Shown: piece after piece, positions 46,940 through 59,764 of the stretch
Position numbering within the stretch: position 1 is the stretch's first letter
How the letters are laid out: each line of letters starts with the position of its first letter
Source: Basidiobolus meristosporus CBS 931.73
Taxonomy: Eukaryota; Fungi; Basidiobolomycota
Reading direction: 5' to 3'
Length of the DNA: 64,000 nucleotides
Assembly (NCBI GenBank): GCA_002104905.1
Contig: MCFE01000029.1
Coordinates: 124,001-188,000, forward strand
Position numbers and translations under genes: made by a program
Notes under the pieces: generated by a model
Told to the model about the DNA's origin: nothing
The model's input: only the letters and a program-made list of their open reading frames with translations
Databases searched by the model: none

Positions 46940-49900
46940 ATGGATAGCATGGCTGTTGAACCTCCTACTCCTTGCCCCACTACCACTAGGGCTGAATTTG
47001 AAGCTTCCCAAGCCGAGTTTCAAGATGGTCTACTAGACAGCCCCTTGAAATCCCAGCCTGTAAGCGATGACTTGGAGTCAGAAAATAAGCCACCTCAACC
47101 CAACGGTAAGACCACTTTGGAGGGTAACTTGGAGGGACAAGAGAATCCTGCAACTGAAGCTGAGAAAACCTCTAGACCTGCCTCTAGACTTTCTTCGACT
47201 TCCACTAACTCTACCAAAAAAATGGTGGATCCGTCCAAAAGACGCTCCGTACCCCCTGTGGTTACCAAAGTCCCAACCTCTACTCGGGCTAAACGGGAAT
47301 CTATGGGTGCTACCAAACCCTTAGCTACTTCAGTTCGCTCTCCAACTGCGAGTAAGCCAACCGTAAGTCGAACAGCGACTACAACCACTAAATCAACAAA
47401 CCCCATTTCGAGAGCCTCAACCACCACCAGGCCTAGTGTAACAACCCCTACCACCGCCAAAGGGATTGCAAGGCCTGTGACCCCTTCAACAAAATCCCCC
47501 ACCTTAGCGAAAAGTAACCTGGCTCAAAAGACTCCTGCATCTTCTGGAACACCTGCGACCAGGCCACTTGCTCGTACTGGTACTGCAACAACCCCCTCCA
47601 CTCCTTCGGCCAAAAAAGTGCCGCCAGCTGGCTCCGCTTCGACAATTAATTCCGCCAGAAGTCGGGTGGCCGACCGTGTAGCTGCGTTTGAAAAGAAGCC
47701 AGTGGGTACCACGGCAAGAAGCGCAGTCGGCTCAGCCGGAAAACTTTCCACCGAGCTGGAAGAGTTGCGACAGAAGTATGACGAAGTCACCAAAACATTA
47801 GCCGAAAAAGAGGAGCTTCTTCAGACTCGAGAAGCTGAGCTACAGACACTAAAGGAAAAAGTCGTCGAGTCAAGCGCCAATGTTGATGCCCCTACCGAGG
47901 ATGTAGCCAGAGAGGAAATCGAGTCCCTCCGAAACAGCCACACCGAGAAAATGGAGAGTCTGAAGCAGGAGCATGATACTGAATTGAATACCTTGAAGAA
48001 CGCTCATGAGGAAGCTATCCTCGCGAAAGAAAGTGAAATCAGCGCTTTGTCCCAAGAGGTTCAAACCCTGAAATCTGAGTTGGATGCCATACGCGACGAG
48101 CATTCGCAGTCCCTTCAGGAATTGAAAGAGCAGCATCAACAAGAAATCCTAACGTTGAAGGACGTCCACCAGGAAGAGATTAATGCTCTTGAGCAAAGCA
48201 AAAATAATGAGGATAAGAATGCTCTTGAGCAGCTCCAGATGGAGTCTAAGGCAGCACAGGAACGTTTCGAAGAAGAGTTGGCTGCCTTGAAAGCATCTCA
48301 TTCCCAAGAATTAGAGGGAGTCAACACACAGCATGAGGAAAGCCTTACCTCCATTGAGGGGAAGCATCAGGACAGCATCCACACACTTGAGGAAGAGATC
48401 GCCAATATCAAATCGAAGCATGTTGAAGAGCTTCAACAGCTCAGAGAGGAGCTCGAAGCCCAGATATCTAGCGGTGACATTGAGCAAAGAGATTCGCTCA
48501 TTGAAGAGCTGAAGAAGGATTTAGAAACTTTAAAGCAACAGCATGTTCAAGAATTGGATGATCTCCGCAATGTACATGAGTTGGAAACTTCGAAAAAGCT
48601 TAGCGCACACCAATCCCAGGCTTTGGAAGAGCTCAACAAGCAGCTTGAGGAACTCCAGCAGCAGCATAGCCTGGAGATTGAAGAGTTGACTAACTCTCAT
48701 CGTGAGGCAGTGGAAGAATTGAAAACCCAACACGAAGGTGAGGTTGACGCTGCCGCAAGTAAGCTACAAGCAGCCATAGAGGAACATCAGGAAGCAATTC
48801 AAGGCCTCAAGTCAGAACATGAAACGGAGCTCAAAGAGCTGGAGGAGAAGAACAAAGACTACCAAACCTCTCTGGACACTATGGAGGAATTGAAGCAGTC
48901 GCATTCTAAAGAAATCGCGAGCTTGAATGAGGGTCATCAGTCTGAAATATTGAAGCTCAGCGATAAAATCGAAGAATTAAAGGCTATGCAGCTCAACGAA
49001 CTGGAGACCACCAGGTCAATGCAAAATGATGAAATCGGCTCCCTCAAGGCAGCCCATGAATCAGCCATCGAGGAGCTAACCAGTGAAGTTGAGACACTCA
49101 AGGCAGGCCATACACATGAATTGGAGGCCATTCATTCCCAACATGAAGAGGCTTTTGCTCAAGCCCAAGCGTCAATTGAAAAACTGACTCAGCAGTTGGA
49201 AGAAAACATCAAAGAGTTGGACGCTCTCAAAGCATCGAATACTGAGGAGCTTCAGAAACTACGTCTAGCTCACGCTTCTGAGATTGAGAAGCTAGAGCAG
49301 AGCCTTGCAACGTTAAAGGAATCTCAATCGGCAGTTGATCCTGATGTAGATCTTGACCACCTCAAAAGTCTGCCAGAAGAATTGGAAATCATTAAATCCA
49401 AGCATGCCGAAGAGATTCGCCTTCTCCAAGAGCAGCACGGCAAGGAAATGGATCTTCTCCGTGAGGAGCAGGAGGCCTCCTTTGCTGCTACGGTCGCTGA
49501 GAAGGAACAATTGATGGAGAAATTCGAAGCGAAATCTTTGGAGTTGGAGAAGTTGAAAGTTGATCATTTACAAGAGTTGCAGACTGCCCAAGAGAGTCAC
49601 CAAAATGACGTTGATCTGATCTCTGCTGAGTTGGAAGCTTTGAAGAGCTCGGTGGAGAAACAGGGGCTTGATAGAAGCAACAACGAGTCGGAAATCGCAG
49701 CCTTGAAAGAGAAGTTGGAAGCGGTGGGGATCCAGCACGCGGAAGAGCTAGAGACACTTCGTAGCACTCATGCGAGGGAAATCGAGCCCATGGAGCAGAC
49801 GCAAACCACCGAGCTTGAGTCTATGAAATCAGCCCATCAAGCTGAACTGGTTTCCTTAAAGGAAGCTCATGAGAAAGAGTTGAGCGAGTTGAGCGAAAGA

Positions 49901-52423
49901 TTGAAGGAGCTGGAGAGCTCCAAATCCGCCGGAGCTGAGGAGCTTCAATTCGCTGAGGCCGAAGTTGCTAGACTGGCCTCCTTGTTGGAATCCGCTAAAG
50001 CACAGAATGAGGCTGAATTAGAAGCCTTACGTACAGCCAGTGAAGCCTCGCTATCGGCGACAAAGCAGGAGAAAGAAGAGATATCCGAAAAATTAGATGC
50101 TGCTACTTTAGAACTCTGCCAAATTAAGGATTCACACAGAGAGCAGCTGAATCTTCTTACTTCTGAGCATCAGGACGAGCTTCAAAAGTTGACCGAAGAG
50201 ATGGAGTCGTTGAAGAGCACACAAGTTATTAACCGTGATTCGCAGGACTCGTACGAAATGGAGATCCAAAAGCTTACCGATGAGATGAGCCAGATAAAAG
50301 AGAAGCATACCCAGGATTTGGAGGCTTTGGCTGTTAGCCATCGTACATCTCTTGATGAAGTCCAACGTGAAAGGAGTGAAGTGATCAAGCAAGTTGAGGA
50401 ACGTGATATTGGGCTGATTTCACTCAAGGAAGGATATGAGCACCAGCTGGAAGCCCTTCGTGACTCTCATCAATGTGAGGTAAAAGCTCTCATGGATGAG
50501 TTGGAAAAATTACAGGCTGCTCAGCAAGAGGAGGAGCAGGTAATAGCTCGAAATGAAGAGGTAAAGTTGTCGATAGCCCAACTTAACGAAAAGCATGCCG
50601 AGGCGGTAGCGGCCCTTCAAGCCGAGCATCAAGCTGCGTTGGAGACTGCTGAGACACAAAGAAGTGAATTATTGCAAAGTAATGAAGTGCTTGCCAGTAA
50701 GATGAAATCTTTGGAAAGCACTCATGAGGAGGAGCTGAATGCTTTGCGAAATGAGTTGGAATCTCTGCAAGGAAAATCGCTGCAGGATACTAAACTGGAG
50801 GCAGAATTGGCACGCGTTAGTGAAGAGTTGGAAAATGTCAAAGCTCAGCATGTCGAGAAACTAGAGCAACTAAGTAAGCAATACGAGGAGTCGATTGCAA
50901 AATTCGAGCTTGAAACCGAGGAACTCGAAAGAAAAGTTCAACTTGGTGATGCCGAAATCGCATCGCTTATCAGTTCACATGAGGACAAGATCCGAAGCTT
51001 GAGCGAAAGTCATAGTGGCGAGATTGCTTTTTTGAAGGAGGAATTGGATGAAGCCAAAGGAGAGCTCACCGAGCTGCGTCAGGAGCGTGAGGCTAACCTA
51101 GCAGAGATCGCCTCCCTCAGTACTGAGATCCAATCGCTTCGTGCTCAGCATGAATCTACTTTGAAAGAGTATGAGGAATCCACCATGAGCGTTGAGCAGT
51201 CGCTTCAGGTAACTATTAGAACAACTAGTTTTCATGGATTCACTGACAGTTTACCTTTACAGGCCAAGATCGATGAGTCCGTAGCACAAGCCCTAGAGGA
51301 TATTCAAATCAAGCACGAATCAGAAATCGAGAAGTTACAAGCTGATCATTCTGCAGAGTTGCAAAAGGTAAATTCTGCAGTGGAGGAGTTAACCACTAAA
51401 GCTGCAGAATTAGATGCTGTCCGACGAGAACTGGAAATCCTTCGACAGAGCAATATTTCAGAACTAGACTCCATGAAGGCCAAGCATGATACCGAACTGA
51501 GTCAGGCAAACGAGTTGTTTGAAGAACAGTTCAATGTAAAGATTAAGGAGATTGAGGCTCTGAATGTTTCGCTTTCTAGTGTGGAAGAAGAAAGAGCAGC
51601 TTTGAAGAAGGAAGTCGAGGTATTTGCATGGACAATTACTTCATTGTATCGATTGTAGAAATTTATGTACTGGGATTCCAGGAAATTCGAACGGAACTGG
51701 CGAATCTCACAGATAAACATGAGCTGGAGTTAGAGCAAATCCGCAATACTCACCAGACTGAGATCGCCGCCAGGGAGGAGGAAGTTTCTAGAATCAAAAC
51801 CGGTTTGCAGGAGGAGATCGCAGTAAGTTGGAACTGTTTCACATGGATGGATATCATGCTTTATAACACAGTTTTCTCAGATTGCTACCCAATCCGTTGA
51901 ACAAGAATTGAATGAGAGATTGGCCAAGTCTGAAGAAGCGCTTGAAGAAGAACGTAAGGCGCACTCCAGCTTGAAGGAAGAGGTCGCTGGCTTTGCTGAA
52001 ACCAAGGATCAGCTGAGCGCTATGACTCAGAAGCACGAGAGTGATATGGAGCAAATGGATACTCACTACGCCAGCCAACTTGCAGGCAAAGATCAGGAGA
52101 TAAAGGATGTGAAACAACAGCTAGACAACCTGACTTATTTGCAGAAGCAAGAGTTGGAACAGCTGAAGAAGCGGTATGAGGAAGATTTGGCAGCACTTGA
52201 AACCATCCAGCGACGAGAGTCGGAGGAAAGCGAGCGCTTGTTACGTAGTGAAGGAAGCAAGCTCAAGGCTACCAATGAAGACTTGGAAATTCAAATTGCT
52301 CACCACAAACACGAGATTGTTGAACTCAACCAGACAGTAGAGAGCCTTCGCGATGAGAATAGCCAGATGATCAAACTCATCAACCAACTGCAGGAAGAAA
52401 TGCACAAGATGATGTCTCGTTGA
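46940..52423 (+). CDS. Giant coiled-coil protein with basic S/T/P-rich N-terminus, 4 exons
   Basis: ~250-aa disordered basic head followed by >1400 aa of E/L/H-rich coiled coil. Introns at ~51209-51263, ~51621-51680 and ~51823-51880 link the ORF-track pieces to the stop at 52423. Confidence 0.88.
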
Positions 52424-53144
52424 ATCGCTGCCTCGACCGAAGCCCCTACCCTGGCTCGGTCTTCGTCAAGCTCCTCGGCGTCGGCCCAATCTCCTGGGCG
52501 GCCATCGCTATTCACCTTCAACTTTTTTGGGAAAAGATGAGCGCCTACCTACCATTTTTTCTTAATCCAGTTAACCTTTGTATAATCCCTTTAACTCTCG
52601 TATGACTATCACCTAATATATTCCTATCATTAATTGTGTGTAAACGTGAGCAATAAATGTTCATGGAAATCGTCATCTTGCATTCCCAACCTTAATCTAG
52701 TACCCAGTGTATCACCTGCATACAAGGATCTTCAACCTGACATGATCGCCGTAATGCATGTCAGTCACTTCCTACATGAATTCAAGAGTGATTGGCCAGC
52801 AAAGAGATCTCAGGACTAACCTACCATTTCCTCAGGACTCAAACGATGTAAGCGGCAGTTTCAGTCACTCCAATGGTTGCAATCATCAGTTACAAACATT
52901 GATAGGTCTAAGGAACGTGGTCAATATAATCAGACACGAGTGTCATGTACCCCCTTCCTAGTCCATCCACGCACCAAAGAAAAGCGGCCAAGCTGCTTGA
53001 ATCGCCCTTTTCACCTTTGCCTCTCTACATTCCCACGACAACTTTGCCTATCTTTAATACTGAAGTGCTTTCGTGGAATTCTTCCCCGGAAACTAGATAT
53101 CATTACCTCGGTGGCAGTCTCATATATCATTAAGCCACTGATAT

Positions 53145-54537
53145 ATGTCCCCTGAAGAGAGACCCAAACGCTCCCATTGGGAGCAACTCACCCGATTTTT
53201 CGTTCGGAAAAACGAAACGGTCAAACCGACCATCAAGGAGCGCTGGAAGAACGTGGTCACTAGAACAAAAACCCTATCCGCCAGGAAGCTTACCATCAGA
53301 AGGGGGGGAACGAAAAAAGGTAAGACCCGTTGGCTTCGCATTGACCAAATCCGCTCTAACTGGTCCTCAGCTTTTTACCCAAAAGAGATCCCTAGATCGA
53401 TTTTTGGTGTGCCCATCGCATCCTCTATCCGATATGCGGGAATCAAAACCAACATCAGACCAAATGAGAGCTATCTATGCTACACGATGCCCATCGTCAT
53501 TGTTAAGTGTGGTGAGTTCCTGCGGAAGCACGGTATGTGGATTGTAACTTCTGAGTCGTCCATGGACTTTACCCAATAACCGTGTGTTTAGCCCAGACCA
53601 CCAAAGGGATTTTTCGTGTGAATGGTTCAGCTAAGCGAGTGAATGAGATTCAGGCTCTCTTTGATCTGGCGCCGGATTTCGGAAGAGACGTGAGTTTCGA
53701 GAGTTACACGGTCCATGACGCAGCCAACCTTCTCCGACGATACTTGAACAGTCTACCGGAACCGGTGATCATTCATCAGCTGTACTTCCTGTTCCGGAAA
53801 GTATATGGTAAGCTTGAACTACGGTGGAGGTACTGATTGTCGATCCAGTGGAACTAACGGTGAATGTAGATGAATACCGTACGGACGAAGAGAGGTTGGT
53901 TAGAGCCTTTCAGGCATCTATGGTGTATCTACCGCATGCGCACCAAGCCTTGTTGATCTACATCTTGGATTTACTCGCATTCTTCGCCGAGCAGGCGGAA
54001 CAAACACTGATGAATATCACCAATCTGGCTTCTGTGTTTCAACCTTGTATTCTGGCCCATCCGATTCATGAGCTGAATCCGGAGGAATACAAGATTTCCC
54101 AGGCAGTGGTTGCCAGCTTGATCAAGAATCATGATCGTTTGAGTATGGCTCGTCATGCGCTTGGTAGACAAAAAGAGCTACCGCCCATACCGGTCAAGAA
54201 GCCCACCCTGGAGATAGATACCCAACCTTCCACCAAAGCTCTAAAACGGAGTAAAACAAGTGCATCACCCTCGCTGAACCGTCAGTTGATTCGCACGTTG
54301 TCGCTAGGGAAGAAACATCTCATTCATAAGACCAAGCCGATGGAGCTTGCCACGTTCAAGATCGCCCTTGTTGAGCACGAGAAGTTGAAACCCAAACTGG
54401 TGATCTACCAACATCATCCCCAGTGTGAGCCCACCATCATTGGCTCCATCCCAATCACCAACAACATCCGCCGCAGTCTAACATTACCTAACCGCTTAGC
54501 ATACACCCATCCCAAGAAGAGCTACAACGAGTGTTAA
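53145..54537 (+). CDS. Rho GTPase-activating protein (Sac7/Bag7-like)
   Basis: IFGVPI..MPIVIVKCGEFL, GIFRVNGSAKRV (arginine finger), VHDAANLLRRYLNSLPEPVI and MNITNLASVFQPCIL. Introns 53533-53591 and ~53808-53870. Confidence 0.9.
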
Positions 54538-55261
54538 CCACTATCCACACAGACGGCCGGTAAATCCATGAATGTTAGACCTAAACCTCCCCCACATGTA
54601 ATTCATCCTAAATTGCCTAAACCTCCCCAGGGAATCAGTGAATAATCTACTAACACTGGTGTGTCCATCCACCTCCTCCCTCCTCCCTACATTCCTTAGA
54701 ACCGAGGGAATTAATATTGATGATAACTATAAATACATTAATTATCACTAGTACTTGTGCGCAGGCACAGGCCTATGGCGCAAGTGAGACCAGTGTCCAG
54801 AATGTCCACCTGATCAGTGTCATTCTCCTGCGGGACTTGAGTGGTTGCGAAGTGGCTTAGTAAATTCATACATTTCGACATATCCATGAATGATGCATAT
54901 CATCCTTGTCACTCCTACAACGCAGCCCTCTAACCAATAACAAATGTGTGGGGCCCCTTTACTTTTAGATGAATCATTCCCAGCAGGGTACTTTTATTGG
55001 TCTTGTGTAAGCGAGTGAATGAATCAGATGTCATCTGAGACCTTATCAATAGGAAATTGTGTGGGGCCCCTTATCACAAAAAGGGCATCCGTGGGCCTAA
55101 GGATACCTTGCTGCCTATTACAGCGCGCATCCCTCACAAAGTCTCTTGACATGTCAAGGCAAGAGTCAATTTATTTCGGATAATAAAATATATACACTCA
55201 ATGACCATAGTGCTAGCTAAGAATCCATAAAATGAATAGGGTGATTGATCCACATCAGCCA

Positions 55262-55792
55262 CTAATTGCCAGAGGCTGTGCCGTGATGGAGTAGTTCACG
55301 ATCCCAAAGATAGAGTCCCAAACCATCCCCACCCACACGCTTCAGCTGAGTCACCATGTCGGAGATCTTCTTGATAGATTCCACCTGCTCGGTGAGATAG
55401 TGGGTTTCGATGAAATCACAGAATTGCGGGTCCCCATTTTCTGCTGAGATGTTGTGAAGGTTCAGCAAGGATTTGTTGACATCTTTCTCGAGCTGCAAGG
55501 CCGCTTCCACGGCATTCTGTGCTGACTGCCACTCACACGAAGGGTTTGGGATCGACTGGAGGTTGACTCGGCCTCCTCTTTGGTTTTGGTAGTCGATCAG
55601 TTTCTGTGCATGCTCACGCTCTTCTTCCGCGCTATCCCGGAAAAATTTCGCTAGGCCGGGCAACGCAACATTATCCCTATCGAAGTAGGTAGCCATGGAG
55701 GTGTAAGTGTACATGGCCGTGAACTCCATGTTAATTTGGTTGTTGATGCCTTCCTCGGAGGCGATGGCAAAGTTTTGTTTGGCAAGAGACAT
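55262..55792 (-). CDS. FTH1: Ferritin, eukaryotic H-type, intronless
   Basis: NNQINMEF..YTYTSMATYFDRDNVALPG, EEEREHAQKLIDYQNQRGG, LQLEKDVN and DFIETHYLTEQV. The ferroxidase residues appear intact. Confidence 0.96.
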   Translation of the reverse strand: MSLAKQNFAIASEEGINNQINMEFTAMYTYTSMATYFDRDNVALPGLAKFFRDSAEEEREHAQKLIDYQNQRGGRVNLQSIPNPSCEWQSAQNAVEAALQLEKDVNKSLLNLHNISAENGDPQFCDFIETHYLTEQVESIKKISDMVTQLKRVGGDGLGLYLWDRELLHHGTASGN

Positions 55793-55845
55793 GTTGATGA
55801 TCAGTGAGAGGGGTGAAATTAAGGTCCGAGGGAACTGAGGAATGC

Positions 55846-55852
55846 TTTATAT
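55846..55852 (-). promoter_or_regulatory. TATA-like box of ferritin gene
   Basis: ATATAAA on the minus strand ~55 nt upstream of the ATG. Confidence 0.45.
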
Positions 55853-56286
55853 GCAGCCAAGGACTCTCAGGTTTCTTCATCTTAACCACCAAATTTATCG
55901 GGTTAAGTAGTACGCAATTTCGTGGCTTGGCCAAGGAGTGTTGAGTCTCCTCCTATCATTTTCCGAGGAATACGGTCCCTTCAAGATCCCCACAATATTT
56001 CGATGAATAAACAACGGGATTCTTTACGCATTGCGTTTGATTGACCAGTGGTGTCCCACACTCTTTCTATCTTATTGCACTGCTGCAAAATGGATTCTCT
56101 CGCCTGACGGAACACGGCTTATCCTGTTGATACACAAAATGAAGTGATCAACTATTCCCATATATGGGTTAGTCTGGATATGAAGACTGAGATTTGGATT
56201 TGGATGGGGACTCTGTCATCCAACCGGTGTTTAAAAGGCTGGGTTGACTCAGCAAACCCTCACCACGAATAAGATACCTGGAAAAT

Positions 56287-56932
56287 ATGCTCACCAAGCA
56301 GAACTTTACCACTGCCTCAGAAGACTTGCTTAATCAGAAAATAGCCCTTAAGTATACTGACTTGTCTGTTTCGCCATACTTTGGAGGATGTAGCATTGCT
56401 TTGCCTGTTAGAGTGGAAGTAACTACTTCAGCACCCAAATCTTAATTCAAATATCTCTTTCTTTCACAGGATTTGAAAAAAATACTTCAAGAAAATCTCG
56501 GGGTAAATATCCTCTGACCTGACTTGCAAAACTTCACAAAAGCTACTCAAGCAAAAAATCTAGGAACACGAAGATGCAAGGAAAATAATTGATTACCAGA
56601 GAAGGCGAGGCGGCGTTTTTTAATTGGCCTCTATTGCATCCCTGAAGGCTAAATGGGATTCGGCTTTATAGAGAACCTTTGGTTAACCAGTTAAACAGAG
56701 AAAGAAAGAAGTGAATCAGCCCTCGAATGACCTCAGTCCATGGTCTTGAGGTGGAGGACCCTTCACTGGTCAATTTATCAAGGCATATCATTTTGAACTG
56801 CACGAACACTTCGTTTTAGACAGAACTTCTTGACCCAGGAGGTGCAGTTGATATCGAAGTTAGCTCACTAGACGACATTGCGATAAGCTTGAACTTCATC
56901 TTTTCGACCACGAACTGTTACACAATAGATAG
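56287..56932 (+). pseudogene. Second ferritin, decayed, intron-containing, head-to-head with the intact gene
   Basis: Collinear pieces: MLTKQNFTTASEDLLNQKI, SPYFGGCSIALP, EHEDARKIIDYQRRRGG, KWDSAL, KEVNQ, VEDPSL, QNFLTQEVQLISKL and LHLFDHELLHNR*. There are at least 4 stops plus frameshifts and 3 intron-like segments ending in YAG. Confidence 0.85.
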
Positions 56933-57150
56933 AATTCGACAAAAACATTGGGCCATTTCCACCATTGCTCAGTTGGCAATTTATGTTGTTAAAATAGACC
57001 GATGATGTATGTGAAAGACAGAACTTTACATGTTTGTTGGCGGATCTAACAGTCTGCTCAAGGACAAGATGAAGGCAATAAGATATATATATGGGAGAAG
57101 ACAAGTGTACAAAAATGAAGTTTCCAAAGAGACCCTCTAGTCAGTCTATT

Positions 57151-58141
57151 TTAAAAAGAATTGTCGTACTTTGCTTTAAATATCCAACTGTTTCCAACCA
57201 CCCCCATCCCTTGCGCATGGGCCATTCGATAATATTTGGCCGCTTTGTGGCGATTCTTTTTCACCCCATGTCCGTGAAGGTAGCAAAAGGCTAGGTCATT
57301 CTGGGCATCTGGATCCCCCAGGTTGGCTGCGATTTCAAAATAGTACACAGCGGTGGACTTGTTTTTGACCACTCCCCAGCCATGCTGAAAACACACTCCC
57401 AGCTCGTATATCGCCAGAACCAACTCGTGTTTGGCCGCCGAGAGGTTTGTGTTGTTCGTAAGGTTGTTCAAGTCAAAGACCGCATACTCTGCAGCCTTCT
57501 GGAGGCATTGAAATGCCACTTGTGGATCCGCTTTACATCCCTACAGTCAAGAAAGAGTTGGTTGAGTGAATCACACGGAAAATTGGTTCATGTGCCAAGG
57601 CAAGCTACATATTCCACCATCTTAGCCCATTTGCAACCAATGACCAACGTGATATACATATCCCAAAAACCGTCATTACCCAGCCATGCCTCAACGAAAT
57701 GCCATACAGGAACAGTCCAACAGGTGACCCTTGGCAAGCGGCAAGTCTAAAGAAGTGAGCGGCTTTTTCCAGTTGATTGTGCTCATGGCATTGTATCGCC
57801 TGTTGCACATACTTGTCCGCTAGGGTGGATCCTGAAGGATTGGCCTCATCTATGGCTTTATACGGCACCCAGGTGGAAAAATCATCTCCATCCTGAGTGT
57901 TCCCCTTGATTGGTAAAGAAGGGGAACTCTTCGAGTTGGCTGCGGCTGACAAGGGGTTTGAGAGACTGGTTGAAAAATGCTTACGGGACGTGAGATTGGT
58001 GAACCCTCCTTTCGGAACCTCGAGCTCGCCAGAGGATTTGTTGCGGGTGGGATAGGATGTTGGAGGAAGGAAAGTCGCTCGGTTTTCCAGGATACTCTCT
58101 GGCTGCTTTGGCTTCCAAAAAACCTGCTTTAGAGCATTCAT
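57151..58141 (-). CDS. Sel1-like repeat protein (Nif1/Dsf2-like)
   Basis: YVQQAIQCHE..AAHFFRLAA..GLFLYGISLRHGW, an intron, then GCKADPQVAFQCLQKAA, AIYELGVCFQHGWGV, DPDAQNDLAFCYLHGHGVKK and GNSWIFKAKY. Confidence 0.85.
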
Positions 58142-58744
58142 GGGTAATCCAAGAGTGTGCCACGGTGGATTTTGGAATAAGGGTACCAGTGATTAGTCAC
58201 AACGTAAATAATGCAAAGAATCTCTGCAAAGGCGTTCACTTAGAGAGGTCAGAGTTAGGGCTTCAGCACTAGGGTTCACTCTTAAAATACCACATACCTA
58301 ACAGCCAAGGTTATCGCAATTCAAGACGGGGAAGACGAAGGAATGTATGCGGCTGGAGGGGGGAACTGGCCAACGCCATGCTTTTAAGAGATCAGTAGAA
58401 GCTCAGATTATATGCAAGCAGGACGTTTTTCATGTTCAGTTAGAACCTCAAACATATCGCATAATCCCACTGCTGTGAGGGCTGCAGGCACTGTATCGAA
58501 TTGTCAACATAAAAGCAGTCCTACGGGAAAATCTTGGTCCATATCCCACATATACTACAGATTGGGGGATGGGATCGTATTAAATATGTTCCATCTGGGA
58601 TTTACACGGAATTGCATCAGATCCATCGATACCCCATGGATCAGCAAGAGAGGAAATGAAAAAAACTGTATCCATCATATAAATTCGTTTGATTGGTGGC
58701 GCCGGAATCTTTCCTTGCTCCTCGGTGTCTTTGAACTTCTCAAT

Positions 58745-59764
58745 ATGGTAAGTCTTCATTAGTGTTGATGGATGCAACCCTTGGCCGCGTTAGATTGGTG
58801 TTAACTGGGTCTTCTCTAGCCTTTCGTCAAACTCGTCAAGAATAAAGCTTACTTCAAGCGCTTCCAAGTGAAGTACAGAAGAAGAAGAGGTATGTGTTAA
58901 TAGAAGCTCGATACTGGATGTCGCTAGGTTAACACGGTTATTTCAGAGGGAAAGACCGACTACTACGCTCGCAAGAGACTTGTTGTTCAAGCTAAGAACA
59001 AATACAACTCTCCCAAATACAGATTGGTCGTTCGTTTCACCAACACCGATGTCATCTGCCAAATCGTCTACGCCAAGATTCAAGGCGACTTCGTCTTGGC
59101 CTCTGCCTACTCTCATGAATTGCCCAGATACGGTGTCAAGGTCGGTTTGACCAACTACTCCGCTGCCTACTGCACCGGTCTTCTCGTAGCTCGTCGTGTC
59201 TTGACCAAGCTTGGCCTTGCTGACAAATACCAAGGTGTTGAGGAAGCCGATGGTACCATCTCTCTTGTCGAAGAGCTCGAGGATGCTCCCCGTCCCTTCA
59301 AGGCCTTCCTTGATGTTGGTTTGAAGCGCACCACCACTGGTTCCCGTGTCTTCGCCGCCCTTAAGGGTGCCTCTGATGGCGGTATCTTCATTCCCCACTC
59401 CGAGAACCGTTTCCCCGGTTATGATGCTGAATCCAAGTCTTTGGACTCTGAAGTTCTCCGTAGCTACCTCTATGGTGGTCACGTTGCCGAATACATGAGC
59501 TACCTCGCCGAAGAAGATGAGGACAAGTACAAGCGTCAATTCGCCAAGTACCTCGAAGCTGGCCTCAACGAGGATAACGTTGAAGAGATGTACGAAGCCG
59601 CCCACCAAAAGATCCGTGAGGATCCTACCTTCAAGCCCACCGAGAAGAAGAAGCCCGCCCAAGGCGAGAAGACCAAGCGTTATCACAAAGTCAAGCTCAA
59701 CCTCAAGCAACGCCGCAACAAGGTCGAACAAAAGAAGGCTGCTTTCGCACGTTCCCAACAATAA
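58745..59764 (+). CDS. RPL5: 60S ribosomal protein L5 (uL18)
   Basis: ATG, intron 58748-58819, PFVKLVKNKAYFKRFQVKYRRRRE, intron, then GKTDYYARKRL...GLTNYSAAYCTGLL...DGGIFIPHSENRFPG. Confidence 0.97.

Noticed and set aside
47067-52521. Many 60-135 aa ORFs inside the coiled-coil gene
   Set aside because: Alternative-frame or antisense by-products of low-complexity coding sequence.
5505-55792. Redox 'cluster' (G6PD, peroxiredoxin, rhodanese, ferritin, PX-PB1)
   Set aside because: The genes are spread over 50 kb among unrelated housekeeping genes, with no evidence of co-regulation.
55793-55860. Iron-responsive element in ferritin 5' UTR
   Set aside because: No CAGUGN-loop hairpin on the coding (minus) strand. 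The CAGTG at ~55802 is on the non-coding strand.
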